Shown: piece by piece, positions 37,802 to 46,946 of the stretch
Layout: each line of letters starts with the position of its first letter
How positions within the stretch are numbered: position 1 is the first letter of the stretch
Source of the DNA: Candidatus Scatosoma sp.
Lineage (GTDB): Bacteria > Bacillota > Clostridia > Christensenellales > Borkfalkiaceae
Assembly: GCA_045655725.1 (NCBI GenBank)
Contig: JAZOPT010000036.1
Location: 6,542-70,541 of the forward strand
DNA length: 64,000 nucleotides
Direction of reading: 5' to 3'
Translations under genes and position numbers: made by a program
Notes under the pieces: generated by a model
The model's database searches: none
What the model saw: only the letters and a program-made list of their open reading frames with translations
What the model was told of the DNA's origin: nothing

Positions 37802-37835
37802 AAATGTAATATCATAAAATCAAGGAGAAAACAAG

Positions 37836-39746
37836 ATGAAAATGAAAAAGACTTTGGCGTTATTGCTTGCGGTGGGAATGTGCTTTGGGTTTGCCGCTTG
37901 CGAAGACGACGTAGCTTCTTCGTCCTCTTCCCCCTCTTCCTCTTCTTCGGGCGGCGGCGAACACGAGCATACGTATTCTACCGAATGGTCGAAGGACGAA
38001 ACGCACCATTGGTACGCTTGCACGGGCGAGGAATGCACGGAGGTTGACAAAAAGGCAGAGCACGAATGGGACAACGGGGAAATTACTACCGCTGCCACGC
38101 CGACGGCAGACGGCGTGAAAACGTTTACCTGCGAGGATTGCGGTCAGACAAAGACGGAAGCGGTGCAATACGTTGCGGATACGGAAGTAACGGCGGAAGA
38201 ATGGCTTGCGGCGATGTCTTTTGCAAATGAGGATAATTATAAGATATCCAGCGTTGCGACGGGGTTGGAACAGCACACGGAACACGACGGAACTATCATA
38301 CATATGTACGGTATTTCGATGACAGGCGAGGTTATCGACCAATATGCAACCAAAGAAGGCGAAACGTATGCTTTGTATTCCGTTTCGGGCGGTACGGTAA
38401 GGAAAACCACTGTTCCTAAAACCTCGTATGATAATATGAAGAGCGGCGGACTTGATACCACGTTCCCGTTTGAAGCTTTCCAATACGACGCGACAAGCAA
38501 AACGTATAAGGCAAGTGAAATTTCCTATGGACAGGCCGGGTTGCGCTATACAAACGTAGAAGTGGCGTTTGAAAACGACAAAGTGGTACGCATGACGTAC
38601 AATTATTTATATATGGGCGGCGTAGGCGGCACGTTTGCAACGACGACTACCGTAACCTACGGCAACGTACAAACGCTTTCCGTGCCTACGGCGCGGCTTG
38701 CCGACGAAGCGGCTTGGCTTGCGGCGTTTAATAAGGCGACGAGCATGGACGTTGCGAAAACAGTACGCGTTTATACGGGTACTTCCGCAGTGGAAGCCAA
38801 CCTTACTTTCGTTTATAAAATTACCGACACCGTTACGTACGAATACAATTCGGCGGACGACGGCATGGAACGCATTGCCGTTATGGACGGAACGACAACC
38901 GCAATGTATCAACGTGCGGGCGTAAATGCGACTAGCGTTTTAGGTGGGTGGATGTATTCCACTAATGCGGAATACGTTCCGACATATTTCAATATGTATA
39001 AAACGGCGCAAGCGGATTATATGGGCGCAGGTACGTTTGGTAGCTTTGCTTATGACGAGGATAAAGGCGAGTATTCTTATACGATACCCGGACCTTACAG
39101 CAGTAATACGCAATGCAAGGCGTACTGTGTAAACGGCGAGCTTCGCGCTTTGTATTGGCATGGATTGCGTGGTATGAAAGAGTATCAATATTATTACGTG
39201 TTCGATTACGCCGAGCCACAAATCGATATTCCCGTGCTGACGGTAACGGAAACGGAATACGCGGAAGCGTATGCGGACTTAAAGGACGCTACGGTGGCGA
39301 AATCTATTTCCGTGGACAGCGGAAGCGGTCGTACGCTGTACATGATGGACGGCGTAAGTATATTTGTGGGCGAAAGCGACTACGAGCTTATCTATACGAA
39401 AAACGGCACAAATTATTATTGCTATACCAGATACTATGACGACGGCGAGGGCGATTGGGGTGCTTGGCGTGTGCAAACGGTTACGCAAACAGGTTACGAG
39501 CAAGGTTATGCAATGTATTATATGAGTGCGATGTCTTTTGTGCAAGAGCCCGCTTATTCGGCTTTAACGCCTGAGGTTTACGGTTATACTTGGAGTGATG
39601 CCAATTACGAATATACCTATTATTTTGAAAACGGCAGATTCCAAGCTATGTATGCAGAGGGAATCAGCGGCAGCGATAGAGAACTTGCGGTAAATTACGG
39701 TGTTCCCGAAATTGAAATTCCGCAAAACGCTACGCCGATAGACTAA
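37836..39746 (+). CDS. Large lipoprotein, unknown function
   Basis: Lipobox signal MKMKKTLALLLAVGMCFGFAAC, a Ser-rich linker, a His/Trp/Cys-rich module (HEHTYSTEWSKDETHHWYACTGEECTE...HEWDNGE...FTCEDCGQ), then a Tyr/Thr-rich region. Confidence 0.8.
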   Translation: MKMKKTLALLLAVGMCFGFAACEDDVASSSSSPSSSSSGGGEHEHTYSTEWSKDETHHWYACTGEECTEVDKKAEHEWDNGEITTAATPTADGVKTFTCEDCGQTKTEAVQYVADTEVTAEEWLAAMSFANEDNYKISSVATGLEQHTEHDGTIIHMYGISMTGEVIDQYATKEGETYALYSVSGGTVRKTTVPKTSYDNMKSGGLDTTFPFEAFQYDATSKTYKASEISYGQAGLRYTNVEVAFENDKVVRMTYNYLYMGGVGGTFATTTTVTYGNVQTLSVPTARLADEAAWLAAFNKATSMDVAKTVRVYTGTSAVEANLTFVYKITDTVTYEYNSADDGMERIAVMDGTTTAMYQRAGVNATSVLGGWMYSTNAEYVPTYFNMYKTAQADYMGAGTFGSFAYDEDKGEYSYTIPGPYSSNTQCKAYCVNGELRALYWHGLRGMKEYQYYYVFDYAEPQIDIPVLTVTETEYAEAYADLKDATVAKSISVDSGSGRTLYMMDGVSIFVGESDYELIYTKNGTNYYCYTRYYDDGEGDWGAWRVQTVTQTGYEQGYAMYYMSAMSFVQEPAYSALTPEVYGYTWSDANYEYTYYFENGRFQAMYAEGISGSDRELAVNYGVPEIEIPQNATPID

Positions 39747-39772
39747 AAATTAAAAATGAACAAACTTACAGT

Positions 39773-39803
39773 AAAGCGGCGAGCCTTTCGCCGCTTTCTT
39801 TCA
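39773..39803 (+). terminator. Rho-independent terminator
   Basis: AAAGCGGCGA / TCGCCGCTTT 10-bp stem with a T-rich tail. Confidence 0.65.
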
Positions 39804-39804
39804 T

Positions 39805-39833
39805 TTGACAAGCTTTTCCGTTTGTGCTACAAT
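39805..39833 (+). promoter_or_regulatory. Sigma-70-type promoter of yigZ
   Basis: TTGACA (39805-39810), 17-nt spacer, TACAAT (39828-39833). Confidence 0.6.
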
Positions 39834-39854
39834 AATAGAAAGGAGCGTTAAAAA

Positions 39855-40487
39855 ATGGAAAAATCGGTACGCACGGTGTACGCACCTAACGAAAGTGAAA
39901 AGGTAATAGAAAAATCTCGATTTTTAACGTACAGCGCGCACGTGGAAAGCGAAGAGGAAGCACGGTCGTTTTTGGCGCAGGTGCGCGCAAAGCATTCGCT
40001 TGCCAACCACGTTTGCTATGCCTTTATTGCCGATAAAACGGGCAATTTGCAACGCTTCTCCGACGACGGCGAACCGCAGGGCACGGCAGGCGTTCCTATT
40101 TTAGAGGTCTTGAAAAATAAAAAGCTGTTTGAAACGGCGGTGGCGGTGGTGCGCTATTTCGGCGGGATAAAATTGGGCGCGGGCGGCTTGGTGCGCGCGT
40201 ATTCCTCCTCGGCTGCTGAAAATTTAGACGGAGCGGATATTCGAGTTTTGGAAATGTGCGTAGAGTACTCTGTTACCGTCGATTATACGGGTATAGACGG
40301 CGTGCAAAAATACCTGTCCACCCATGCTTGTACGCTTCTTAACACCGATTACGGGGAGCGGGTAAGCTTCACGGTGGCGGTGAAAAAAGCAGAGGAAGAG
40401 AATTTTATTGCCGCTCTTATCGACTATATGCAGGGCAGAGTGCAGACAAGCCGTGGTAAAGAATATTACGCTCCGTTTCGAGAATAG
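39855..40487 (+). CDS. yigZ: YigZ / IMPACT-family protein
   Basis: KSRFLTY..., HVCYAF, DDGEPQGTAGVPIL and VVRYFGGIKLGAGGLVRAY are typical of UPF0029/YigZ. Confidence 0.88.
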   Translation: MEKSVRTVYAPNESEKVIEKSRFLTYSAHVESEEEARSFLAQVRAKHSLANHVCYAFIADKTGNLQRFSDDGEPQGTAGVPILEVLKNKKLFETAVAVVRYFGGIKLGAGGLVRAYSSSAAENLDGADIRVLEMCVEYSVTVDYTGIDGVQKYLSTHACTLLNTDYGERVSFTVAVKKAEEENFIAALIDYMQGRVQTSRGKEYYAPFRE

Positions 40488-40523
40488 GCGGCAAATTTTG
40501 CTATAAAAAATAAAATTCGGCTC

Positions 40524-40552
40524 TTGACAAGAGAGTGTCTATATGTTATAAT
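40524..40552 (+). promoter_or_regulatory. Sigma-70-type promoter of the aldo/keto reductase gene
   Basis: TTGACA (40524-40529), 17-nt spacer, TATAAT (40547-40552). Confidence 0.6.
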
Positions 40553-40579
40553 TGGTATAATAAGGAAAGGGAGGGGAAT

Positions 40580-41500
40580 ATGGAATATTGCAAGCTTCGC
40601 GGTATGAACGTATCGCGTATCGTTATGGGCTGTATGCGGATAGCGGATAAGTCGTTACAGGAAGTGGAACGGCTGATTATCGACGCCACCAGCTGCGGCG
40701 TGAATATGTTCGACCATGCGGATATCTACGGCAAAGGGGATAGCGAACGCATTTTCGGCGTAGCGGTAAAGGACATCGGTCTGGCGCGTAAAGACTATCT
40801 TATCCAAACGAAATGCGGTATTATTTCGGGCGAAAAGGGTAAGTGGTTTAACTTTTCCCGCGAGCATATCGAAAACTCGGTGGAGAACAGCTTAAAACGG
40901 TTAAACACGGAATATATCGACCTGTTTTTATTGCACCGCCCCGATACGTTGGTAGAGCCTGACGAGGTGTGTGCGGCGTTTGATAAGCTGAAAGCGGAGG
41001 GCAAGGTGCGCGCGTTTGGCGTCAGCAATTTCTCTGCGGCGCAAATGGAATACCTGCGTGCAAACGGCGTGGAGATTGTCGCCAATCAGCTACAATTTTC
41101 GTTGGCGCACACCGCGCTTGTCGATGCGGGGTTCAACGTCAATATGTATAATAACGAAGCCGTTTGTCGGGCGGGCGATGCGTTGGAGTATGCAAGGCTG
41201 AAAGGCATTGCGTTGCAGGCTTGGTCGCCGTTGCAGTACGGATTTTTCGAGGGAGTATTTATCGGGAACGAAAAGTATGCTACGTTAAATGCCGCTCTGG
41301 ATAAATTGGCGGAAAAATACAACGTAACGCCTGCGGCGGTGGCGTTTGCTTGGGTGCTTCGTCATCCTGCGTTTGCACAGGTGGTAACGGGCACGACCAA
41401 CCCCGAAAGAATGAAACAGCTTTGCAAGGCGGCGGATATTACTCTGACGAGGGAAGAATGGTACGATTTGTATCTTTCTACGGGCAAGGTATTGCCTTAA
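40580..41500 (+). CDS. Aldo/keto reductase
   Basis: FDHADIYG, LHRPD and GVSNF motifs; start MEYCKLRG at 40580 follows GGGAGGGG. Confidence 0.88.
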   Translation: MEYCKLRGMNVSRIVMGCMRIADKSLQEVERLIIDATSCGVNMFDHADIYGKGDSERIFGVAVKDIGLARKDYLIQTKCGIISGEKGKWFNFSREHIENSVENSLKRLNTEYIDLFLLHRPDTLVEPDEVCAAFDKLKAEGKVRAFGVSNFSAAQMEYLRANGVEIVANQLQFSLAHTALVDAGFNVNMYNNEAVCRAGDALEYARLKGIALQAWSPLQYGFFEGVFIGNEKYATLNAALDKLAEKYNVTPAAVAFAWVLRHPAFAQVVTGTTNPERMKQLCKAADITLTREEWYDLYLSTGKVLP

Positions 41501-41538
41501 CCGCATAAAATAGAAAAAGAGAATAGGAGGATAAGGTT

Positions 41539-41862
41539 ATGAAAATGATTACGGCTATCGTCAATAAAAAGGACGCAGGGGAAGTGTGCGACGCGCTTGC
41601 GGAGGAGAAGTATGCTTTTACCAAAATGGCAAGTACGGGCGGATTTTTGAAGTCGGGCAACGTTACGCTTCTTATCGGTACGGACGACGAAAAAGTAGAT
41701 AGAGCTTTGGAAATTATCAAAAAGCACTGTGCGCAACGCATGGAACCCATGCCGTCTATGGTAAGTGCGGGCGTGCCTGCGTTTGGGTATTATAAAACGG
41801 AAGTGCTTGTCGGCGGCGCAACGGTGTTTGTGTCCTCCGTAGAACGCTTTGAGAAAATGTAA
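41539..41862 (+). CDS. darA: PII-like cyclic-di-AMP receptor (DarA/PstA, DUF970)
   Basis: 107 aa; MKMITAIVNKKDAGEVCDAL...FTKMASTGGFLKSGNVTLLIG is the characteristic YaaQ/DarA pattern. Confidence 0.8.
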   Translation: MKMITAIVNKKDAGEVCDALAEEKYAFTKMASTGGFLKSGNVTLLIGTDDEKVDRALEIIKKHCAQRMEPMPSMVSAGVPAFGYYKTEVLVGGATVFVSSVERFEKM

Positions 41863-41881
41863 AAGTACTTATTCATAAGAA

Positions 41882-41915
41882 AAGCGGAGCTTATCAAAGC
41901 TCCGCTTGTATTTTT
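41882..41915. terminator. Bidirectional terminator
   Basis: AAGCGGAGCTT / AAGCTCCGCTT 11-bp stem, ATCA loop, T-run; lies between convergent darA and pepT. Confidence 0.8.
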
Positions 41916-41931
41916 ATAAGGATATGCGCTG

Positions 41932-43140
41932 TTATTTTGAGTACGCTTGCACGATTTCGATAATCACTTGCACCGCCTTTTCCATGGACGGAACGTGCGC
42001 AAATTCTCGCACGGAATGGGCGTTATGACCGCCCGTAAACAGGTTGGGGCAGGGCAGTCCCATAAAGGACAGGGTGCTTCCGTCCGTGCCGCCGCGAACA
42101 GGCTCTTCCAAGACGGGAAGTCCTGCGCTTTTGTAAGCCGCCCGCGCGGCTTCGACGATATGGAAGCAGTTTTTAATCACTTCATGGCAGTTGTAATATT
42201 GGTCGCGTAAGGTATAGGAAACCGCCTCTTTACCGTACCGACGGATAAGCGACTCGCAAACGTCTTGCACGTACGCCTTGCGCGCCTCAAATTTTGATTT
42301 GTCGTGGTCGCGGATAATCAGTTGGATATAGCCCGTTTCCACCTCTGCTTTTACTTCGCAAACGTGGTAAAAGCCCTCGCGGTTTTCCGTGGTGGCGGGC
42401 GTTTCGTTTGCGGGCAACGCCGCCAAAAATTCGCCTGCTATCAGTGCACAGTTTACCATTTTACCCTTTGCCGACCCGGGGTGAATATTTTTGCCTTTGA
42501 AATAAATTTTCGCCTCCGCAGCGTTAAACGTTTCGTGGCCCAGCTCGCCCGCCTTGCCGCCGTCCAGCGTGTAGGCGAAATCGCAAGCAAAGCCCGCCAC
42601 GTCAAACCCGTCCGCGCCCTCGCCGATCTCCTCGTCGGGCGTAAACGCAATGCCGATTTTTCCGTGCGGAATTTCAGGGTGGGAAAGCAGGTGTTCCACG
42701 GCGGTCATAATTTCCGCTATGCCCGCCTTGTCGTCCGCACCGAGCAACGTATCTCCGCCCGTTACGATAAGCTCGTCGCCGATATATTCGGATAATACGG
42801 GGAATTCCGTAGGCGAAATGCAAACGCCGTCGCAAAGGGGAATATCGCCGCCCGCATACGTCAAACAGCGGGGCTTGACGTTTTCGCCCGAGCAAACGGG
42901 CTCGGTGTCAAGGTGCGCGATAAAACCGACGGCGGGCTTGCCCGAAACGTTTTCGGGGATAGAGGCGTAAACGTAGCACCTTTCATCTACAAATGCGTTG
43001 GTAACGCCCAAGGTGTGTAGCTCTTCCACTAATATACGCGCGAGGTTAAATTGCTTGGTGGTGGAGGGGTGCGTGCCCGTGGTGGGGTTAGACTGCGTGT
43101 CTATTTGTACGTATCTTAAAAATCTGTCTTTAACCGACAT
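41932..43140 (-). CDS. pepT: Peptidase T (tripeptide aminopeptidase, M20B)
   Basis: MSVKDRFLRYVQIDTQS start, with HLDT, GADDKAGIAE and TPDEEIG metal-site motifs. ATG at 43140 follows GGAG; the ORF-track extension to 43278 is rejected. Confidence 0.93.
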   Translation of the reverse strand: MSVKDRFLRYVQIDTQSNPTTGTHPSTTKQFNLARILVEELHTLGVTNAFVDERCYVYASIPENVSGKPAVGFIAHLDTEPVCSGENVKPRCLTYAGGDIPLCDGVCISPTEFPVLSEYIGDELIVTGGDTLLGADDKAGIAEIMTAVEHLLSHPEIPHGKIGIAFTPDEEIGEGADGFDVAGFACDFAYTLDGGKAGELGHETFNAAEAKIYFKGKNIHPGSAKGKMVNCALIAGEFLAALPANETPATTENREGFYHVCEVKAEVETGYIQLIIRDHDKSKFEARKAYVQDVCESLIRRYGKEAVSYTLRDQYYNCHEVIKNCFHIVEAARAAYKSAGLPVLEEPVRGGTDGSTLSFMGLPCPNLFTGGHNAHSVREFAHVPSMEKAVQVIIEIVQAYSK

Positions 43141-43369
43141 AAAGGTAACTCCTGTTGTCATTCTTAAAGCTATTATACGCCAAAAACGGAGGAAAATCAA
43201 GCGGTTGCGCCGTACAGAACAAAGGAAATGAACAAACGGCAATAAAACTTGTGCAAAATATACAAAGCAGGTAAGCAAGTTTGTTTATTTTGTCTATTGT
43301 ATTTTTTTTTGAAATGTTGTAAAATAGTAGTATCGAAATATATGTAAATCCATTTGGAGGAAAAAGATT

Positions 43370-44806
43370 ATGTCAGGACTTTTGCTGAAAGGCATTAACA
43401 AAGTGTACCCTTCCGGTGTACAAGCCGTGTTCGATTTCTGTCTCGATATCAGAGATAAAGAATTCATCGTTCTCGTAGGCCCTTCCGGTTGCGGTAAATC
43501 TACCACGCTCCGTATGATCGCAGGTTTGGAAGAAATCTCTTCCGGCGAACTGTATATCGACGGTAAGCTTGTAAACGACGTTGTACCCAAGGACAGAGAT
43601 ATCGCCATGGTTTTCCAGAACTATGCATTGTATCCCCATATGTCCGTGTACGACAACATGGCGTTCGGTTTGAAACTTAGAAAAGTACCGAAGGAAATTA
43701 TCGACCAAAAGGTAAAAGCGGCGGCTGAAATTCTCGGCATCACCGACTACCTTTCCAGAAAACCTAAGGCACTTTCCGGCGGTCAGCGTCAACGTGTTGC
43801 GCTTGGTCGTACCATCGTTCGTGAACCCAAGGTATTCTTGCTCGACGAACCTTTGTCCAACCTCGACGCAAAACTCCGTGCTTCCATGAGAACGGAAATT
43901 TCCAAGCTCCACGCACGTCTTGCTACGACGTTTATCTACGTTACGCACGACCAAGTAGAAGCTATGACGATGGGTACGAGAATCGTTGTTATGAAGGACG
44001 GCTTCATGCAACAAGTAGATACCCCTCAAAACTTGTACGATTATCCTATCAACCTTTTCGTTGCAGGATTCATCGGTACGCCTCAAATGAACTTCTTCAA
44101 GGAATCCACGCTTACCTCCAAGAAAGGTAAAGTGTTTGTAAACTTCATCGGCGGCAACCAAATTTTGCTTCCGAAGAGCGTTGCTTCCAGAATTAAAAAC
44201 ATCAACGAATATCTTGATACGGGTAAGGTAATCACGCTCGGCGTACGTCCCGAAGATATTCACCAAGACCAAGCGTTCATCGCAACGTCTCCCGAAACGG
44301 TTGTAAAAGCACGTGTAGAAGTTATCGAAAAGCTCGGTGCTGAAACGCAAATCTACTGCGAACTTGACCACGAAGGCAAGGAAAGCTCGGTTATCGACAA
44401 CTCCACGCAGATGATCGCGAAGATTTCCAGCCGTGCGGTTGTAGCGTTGAAAGACGTTATCGACCTCGCATTCGACGCACAGCACATTCACCTCTTCGAC
44501 GGCGAAACGGAAGCTACGCTTCTTGAAAGAGACGAGGGCTACGAAGTTATCGAAGAAAATGCGGAAGGTTCGGCGTTCGTGCCTCCCACACCGCAGGAAA
44601 TGCGTGAACGTATCGATTCCGCTCGTATCGTAACGAAGGAAATGAAAGCGCAGGCAAGAAAGGACGCAAGAATGGCGAAGTTGGCTGCGAAGCAGGCGGC
44701 GGTAGCTCCCGTAGAAGAAGCGGAAGCACCCGTTGAAGAAGCTCCCGTAGAGGAAGCTGCTGTGGAAGAAGCTCCCGCAGAAGAAGCAAACAAAGAGCAA
44801 GAATAA
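43370..44806 (+). CDS. Sugar-importer-type ABC ATPase (MsmX/MalK/UgpC-like) with a C-terminal extension of about 100 aa
   Basis: GPSGCGKST, LSGGQRQRVALGR, LLDEPLSNLD and a TOBE-like domain. An extra tail ends in PVEEA-type repeats. No permease gene is adjacent. Confidence 0.9.
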   Translation: MSGLLLKGINKVYPSGVQAVFDFCLDIRDKEFIVLVGPSGCGKSTTLRMIAGLEEISSGELYIDGKLVNDVVPKDRDIAMVFQNYALYPHMSVYDNMAFGLKLRKVPKEIIDQKVKAAAEILGITDYLSRKPKALSGGQRQRVALGRTIVREPKVFLLDEPLSNLDAKLRASMRTEISKLHARLATTFIYVTHDQVEAMTMGTRIVVMKDGFMQQVDTPQNLYDYPINLFVAGFIGTPQMNFFKESTLTSKKGKVFVNFIGGNQILLPKSVASRIKNINEYLDTGKVITLGVRPEDIHQDQAFIATSPETVVKARVEVIEKLGAETQIYCELDHEGKESSVIDNSTQMIAKISSRAVVALKDVIDLAFDAQHIHLFDGETEATLLERDEGYEVIEENAEGSAFVPPTPQEMRERIDSARIVTKEMKAQARKDARMAKLAAKQAAVAPVEEAEAPVEEAPVEEAAVEEAPAEEANKEQE

Positions 44807-44823
44807 TCGTTTATCAAAAACCG

Positions 44824-44858
44824 CAACCCCGTGCATACCGCACGGGGTTGTTTTGTTG
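44824..44858 (+). terminator. Rho-independent terminator
   Basis: Perfect 11-bp stem CAACCCCGTGC / GCACGGGGTTG followed by TTTTGTTG. Confidence 0.85.
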
Positions 44859-44925
44859 TAAATTGAAAAAGACTCCTTTGGAAAGGATGGCCTAAAAGTA
44901 GTAATATTTTTTAGGAAATGTCCTA

Positions 44926-44971
44926 GAATAATATCAAACCACTTGATATTATTCGAGAAATAGAATATAAT
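44926..44971 (+). promoter_or_regulatory. Promoter of the R-M islet overlapped by a 12-bp-arm palindrome (candidate operator)
   Basis: GAATAATATCAA-ACCAC-TTGATATTATTC (44926-44954). TTGATA (44943-44948), 17-nt spacer, TATAAT (44966-44971). The -35 box lies within the right arm. Confidence 0.5.
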
Positions 44972-45004
44972 ATAACTATATAATATTTTATTGAGGTTTT
45001 TGGC

Positions 45005-46075
45005 ATGATTCAATATATGTCGGCAAGAGAAGCCGCGGAAAAATGGAATATATCGCAAAGAAGAGTGTCTATTCTTTGTTCGGAAAACAGAATCCCGAAC
45101 GTTGCAATGCTTGGTAATATGTGGCTTATTCCCCGCGACGCAGAAAAGCCCGTCGATGCAAGAATGAAGCGTAATACCGCGATGGAAAAATCAAGCATGC
45201 ATCCTTTTGTAAAATGGGCAGGTGGAAAAGGTCAGCTTTTAGAAGTTCTTAAAGCAAATCTTCCTCATAGCATGGGAACGGAAATTACAAAATATGCCGA
45301 ACCTTTTGTTGGTGGGGGTGCGCTTTTATTTGCGCTTTTAAACGAATATGCTTTTGAAGAAGTTTATATCAATGACAATAATAAAGAACTTATGAACGCC
45401 TTTACCGTTATAAAAACGAATTGTGAGTCTTTGATTGAGAAATTGCAAAACCTTCAAGGCGAATACGAAAAGCTTTCTATGGAAGCACAACAAGCGTATT
45501 ATTACGCTCAAAGAGATAAGTTTAACGATTTGCAATTAAGCGAAGAAACGGCAACAGAAAAGGCGGCTTTGTTCATCTTTCTTAATAAAACCTGTTTTAA
45601 CGGTCTGTATAGAGTAAATAAGTCGGGGAAATTTAACGTTCCTGCGGGGAAATATAAAAACCCGTTAATTTGCGATAAAGAAAACTTAATAAATATCTCA
45701 AAAAGACTGCAAAACGTTGTTATACGCTCTTGCGATTATCACGATGTAGAGTCGTTTGCGGACAGTAAAACGTTGGTTTATTTTGATCCGCCTTACCGTC
45801 CTTTGAATGTTACTTCTGCGTTTACGTCTTATACGGAAAATCAATTTACTGATAAAGACCAAACCGAACTTGCACAATTATACAAGAAATTATCCAATAA
45901 AGGGGTAAAAGTATTGTTAAGTAATTCTGATCCGCACAATGTCAATTTTGAAGATAATTTTTTTGACGATTTATATGAGGAATTTGATGTTCAGCGCATT
46001 ACCGCAGTGAGAATGATAAACAGCAAAGCGGAAAAACGCGGAAACGTTACAGAGCTTTTAATTAAAAATTATTAA
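45005..46075 (+). CDS. Dam-family N6-adenine DNA methyltransferase (GATC-type) with an N-terminal excisionase/MerR-like HTH domain
   Basis: The N-terminal 50 aa are MSAREAAEKWNISQRRVSILCSENRIPNVAMLGNMWLIPRD. They are followed by PFVKWAGGKGQLL, EPFVGGGALL, NDNN and DPPY (alpha-class order). Confidence 0.9.
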   Translation: MIQYMSAREAAEKWNISQRRVSILCSENRIPNVAMLGNMWLIPRDAEKPVDARMKRNTAMEKSSMHPFVKWAGGKGQLLEVLKANLPHSMGTEITKYAEPFVGGGALLFALLNEYAFEEVYINDNNKELMNAFTVIKTNCESLIEKLQNLQGEYEKLSMEAQQAYYYAQRDKFNDLQLSEETATEKAALFIFLNKTCFNGLYRVNKSGKFNVPAGKYKNPLICDKENLINISKRLQNVVIRSCDYHDVESFADSKTLVYFDPPYRPLNVTSAFTSYTENQFTDKDQTELAQLYKKLSNKGVKVLLSNSDPHNVNFEDNFFDDLYEEFDVQRITAVRMINSKAEKRGNVTELLIKNY

Positions 46076-46087
46076 GGAGATTTATAA

Positions 46088-46945
46088 ATGAGAGAGTTTA
46101 ATACTTGGCTGGGTCAGTTTAAGAGTAGTATTTCCGATTATGCGTATTATGTTGACTTTCAAAAAGTTTACGATAAGGTTGAAGCAATAAAAGTAGAACT
46201 TAATATTTTGAATTCGCTTATCGGTTCAGCGGATATAGAAAAAGATTTTGATAAACTTCTTTCTAAATACCCTGAAATCTTGAAATGTATTCCACTTCTT
46301 TTGGCGGTAAGAGAAAATGAAATTCACGCGATGGATAGCGACGGGGCATTTATTTACCATTTTAATAAAGCTAATTATACCGTAGAACAATACAAAGTAT
46401 TCATGAGAAAAACGGGTCTATTTGATTTAATCAGCAATCATTTGATAAATAATCTTGTGGATTATGCAACAGGCGTTGAAGTTGGTCTTGATAGCAACGG
46501 CAGAAAAAACCGTGGTGGTCATCTTATGGAAGATTTGGTAGAATCCTACATAAAGAGAGCGGGATTGGTTAAAGGTCAAACTTACTTTAAGGAAATGTAT
46601 CTTTCTGAAATTGAAACAAAATGGGGGCTTGATCTTTCTTCGTTGTCTAACAATGGAGAAGCAAAGAAAAGATTTGATTTTGTGATTAAATCAAATAACG
46701 TTGTTTATGCTATTGAAACAAATTTCTACGCTTCTTCGGGCTCAAAATTAAATGAAACTGCTCGTAGTTATAAAATGCTTGCGCACGAGTCAAAGGCGAT
46801 AGACGGATTTGCTTTTGTATGGTTTACCGACGGAATTGGTTGGAAATCTGCAAGAAACAACTTAAAAGAAACGTTTGACGTGTTGGATAATATCTACAAT
46901 ATTACCGATTTGGAAAACGGCATAATTGACGAACTTATAAAATAA
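46088..46945 (+). CDS. DpnII/MboI-family type II restriction endonuclease (GATC)
   Basis: Recalled similarity to DpnII along the whole length: N-terminus NTWLGQFKSSISDYAYYVDFQKVYDKVEAIKVELNILNSLIGS, core KRFDFVIK...ETNFY.SSGSKLNETARSYK. Confidence 0.85.
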   Translation: MREFNTWLGQFKSSISDYAYYVDFQKVYDKVEAIKVELNILNSLIGSADIEKDFDKLLSKYPEILKCIPLLLAVRENEIHAMDSDGAFIYHFNKANYTVEQYKVFMRKTGLFDLISNHLINNLVDYATGVEVGLDSNGRKNRGGHLMEDLVESYIKRAGLVKGQTYFKEMYLSEIETKWGLDLSSLSNNGEAKKRFDFVIKSNNVVYAIETNFYASSGSKLNETARSYKMLAHESKAIDGFAFVWFTDGIGWKSARNNLKETFDVLDNIYNITDLENGIIDELIK

Positions 46946-46946
46946 T

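Noticed and set aside
43373-45058. 561-aa ORF on the minus strand
   Set aside because: It is antisense to the MsmX-like ATPase gene, which has unambiguous Walker and signature motifs. It is a shadow ORF.
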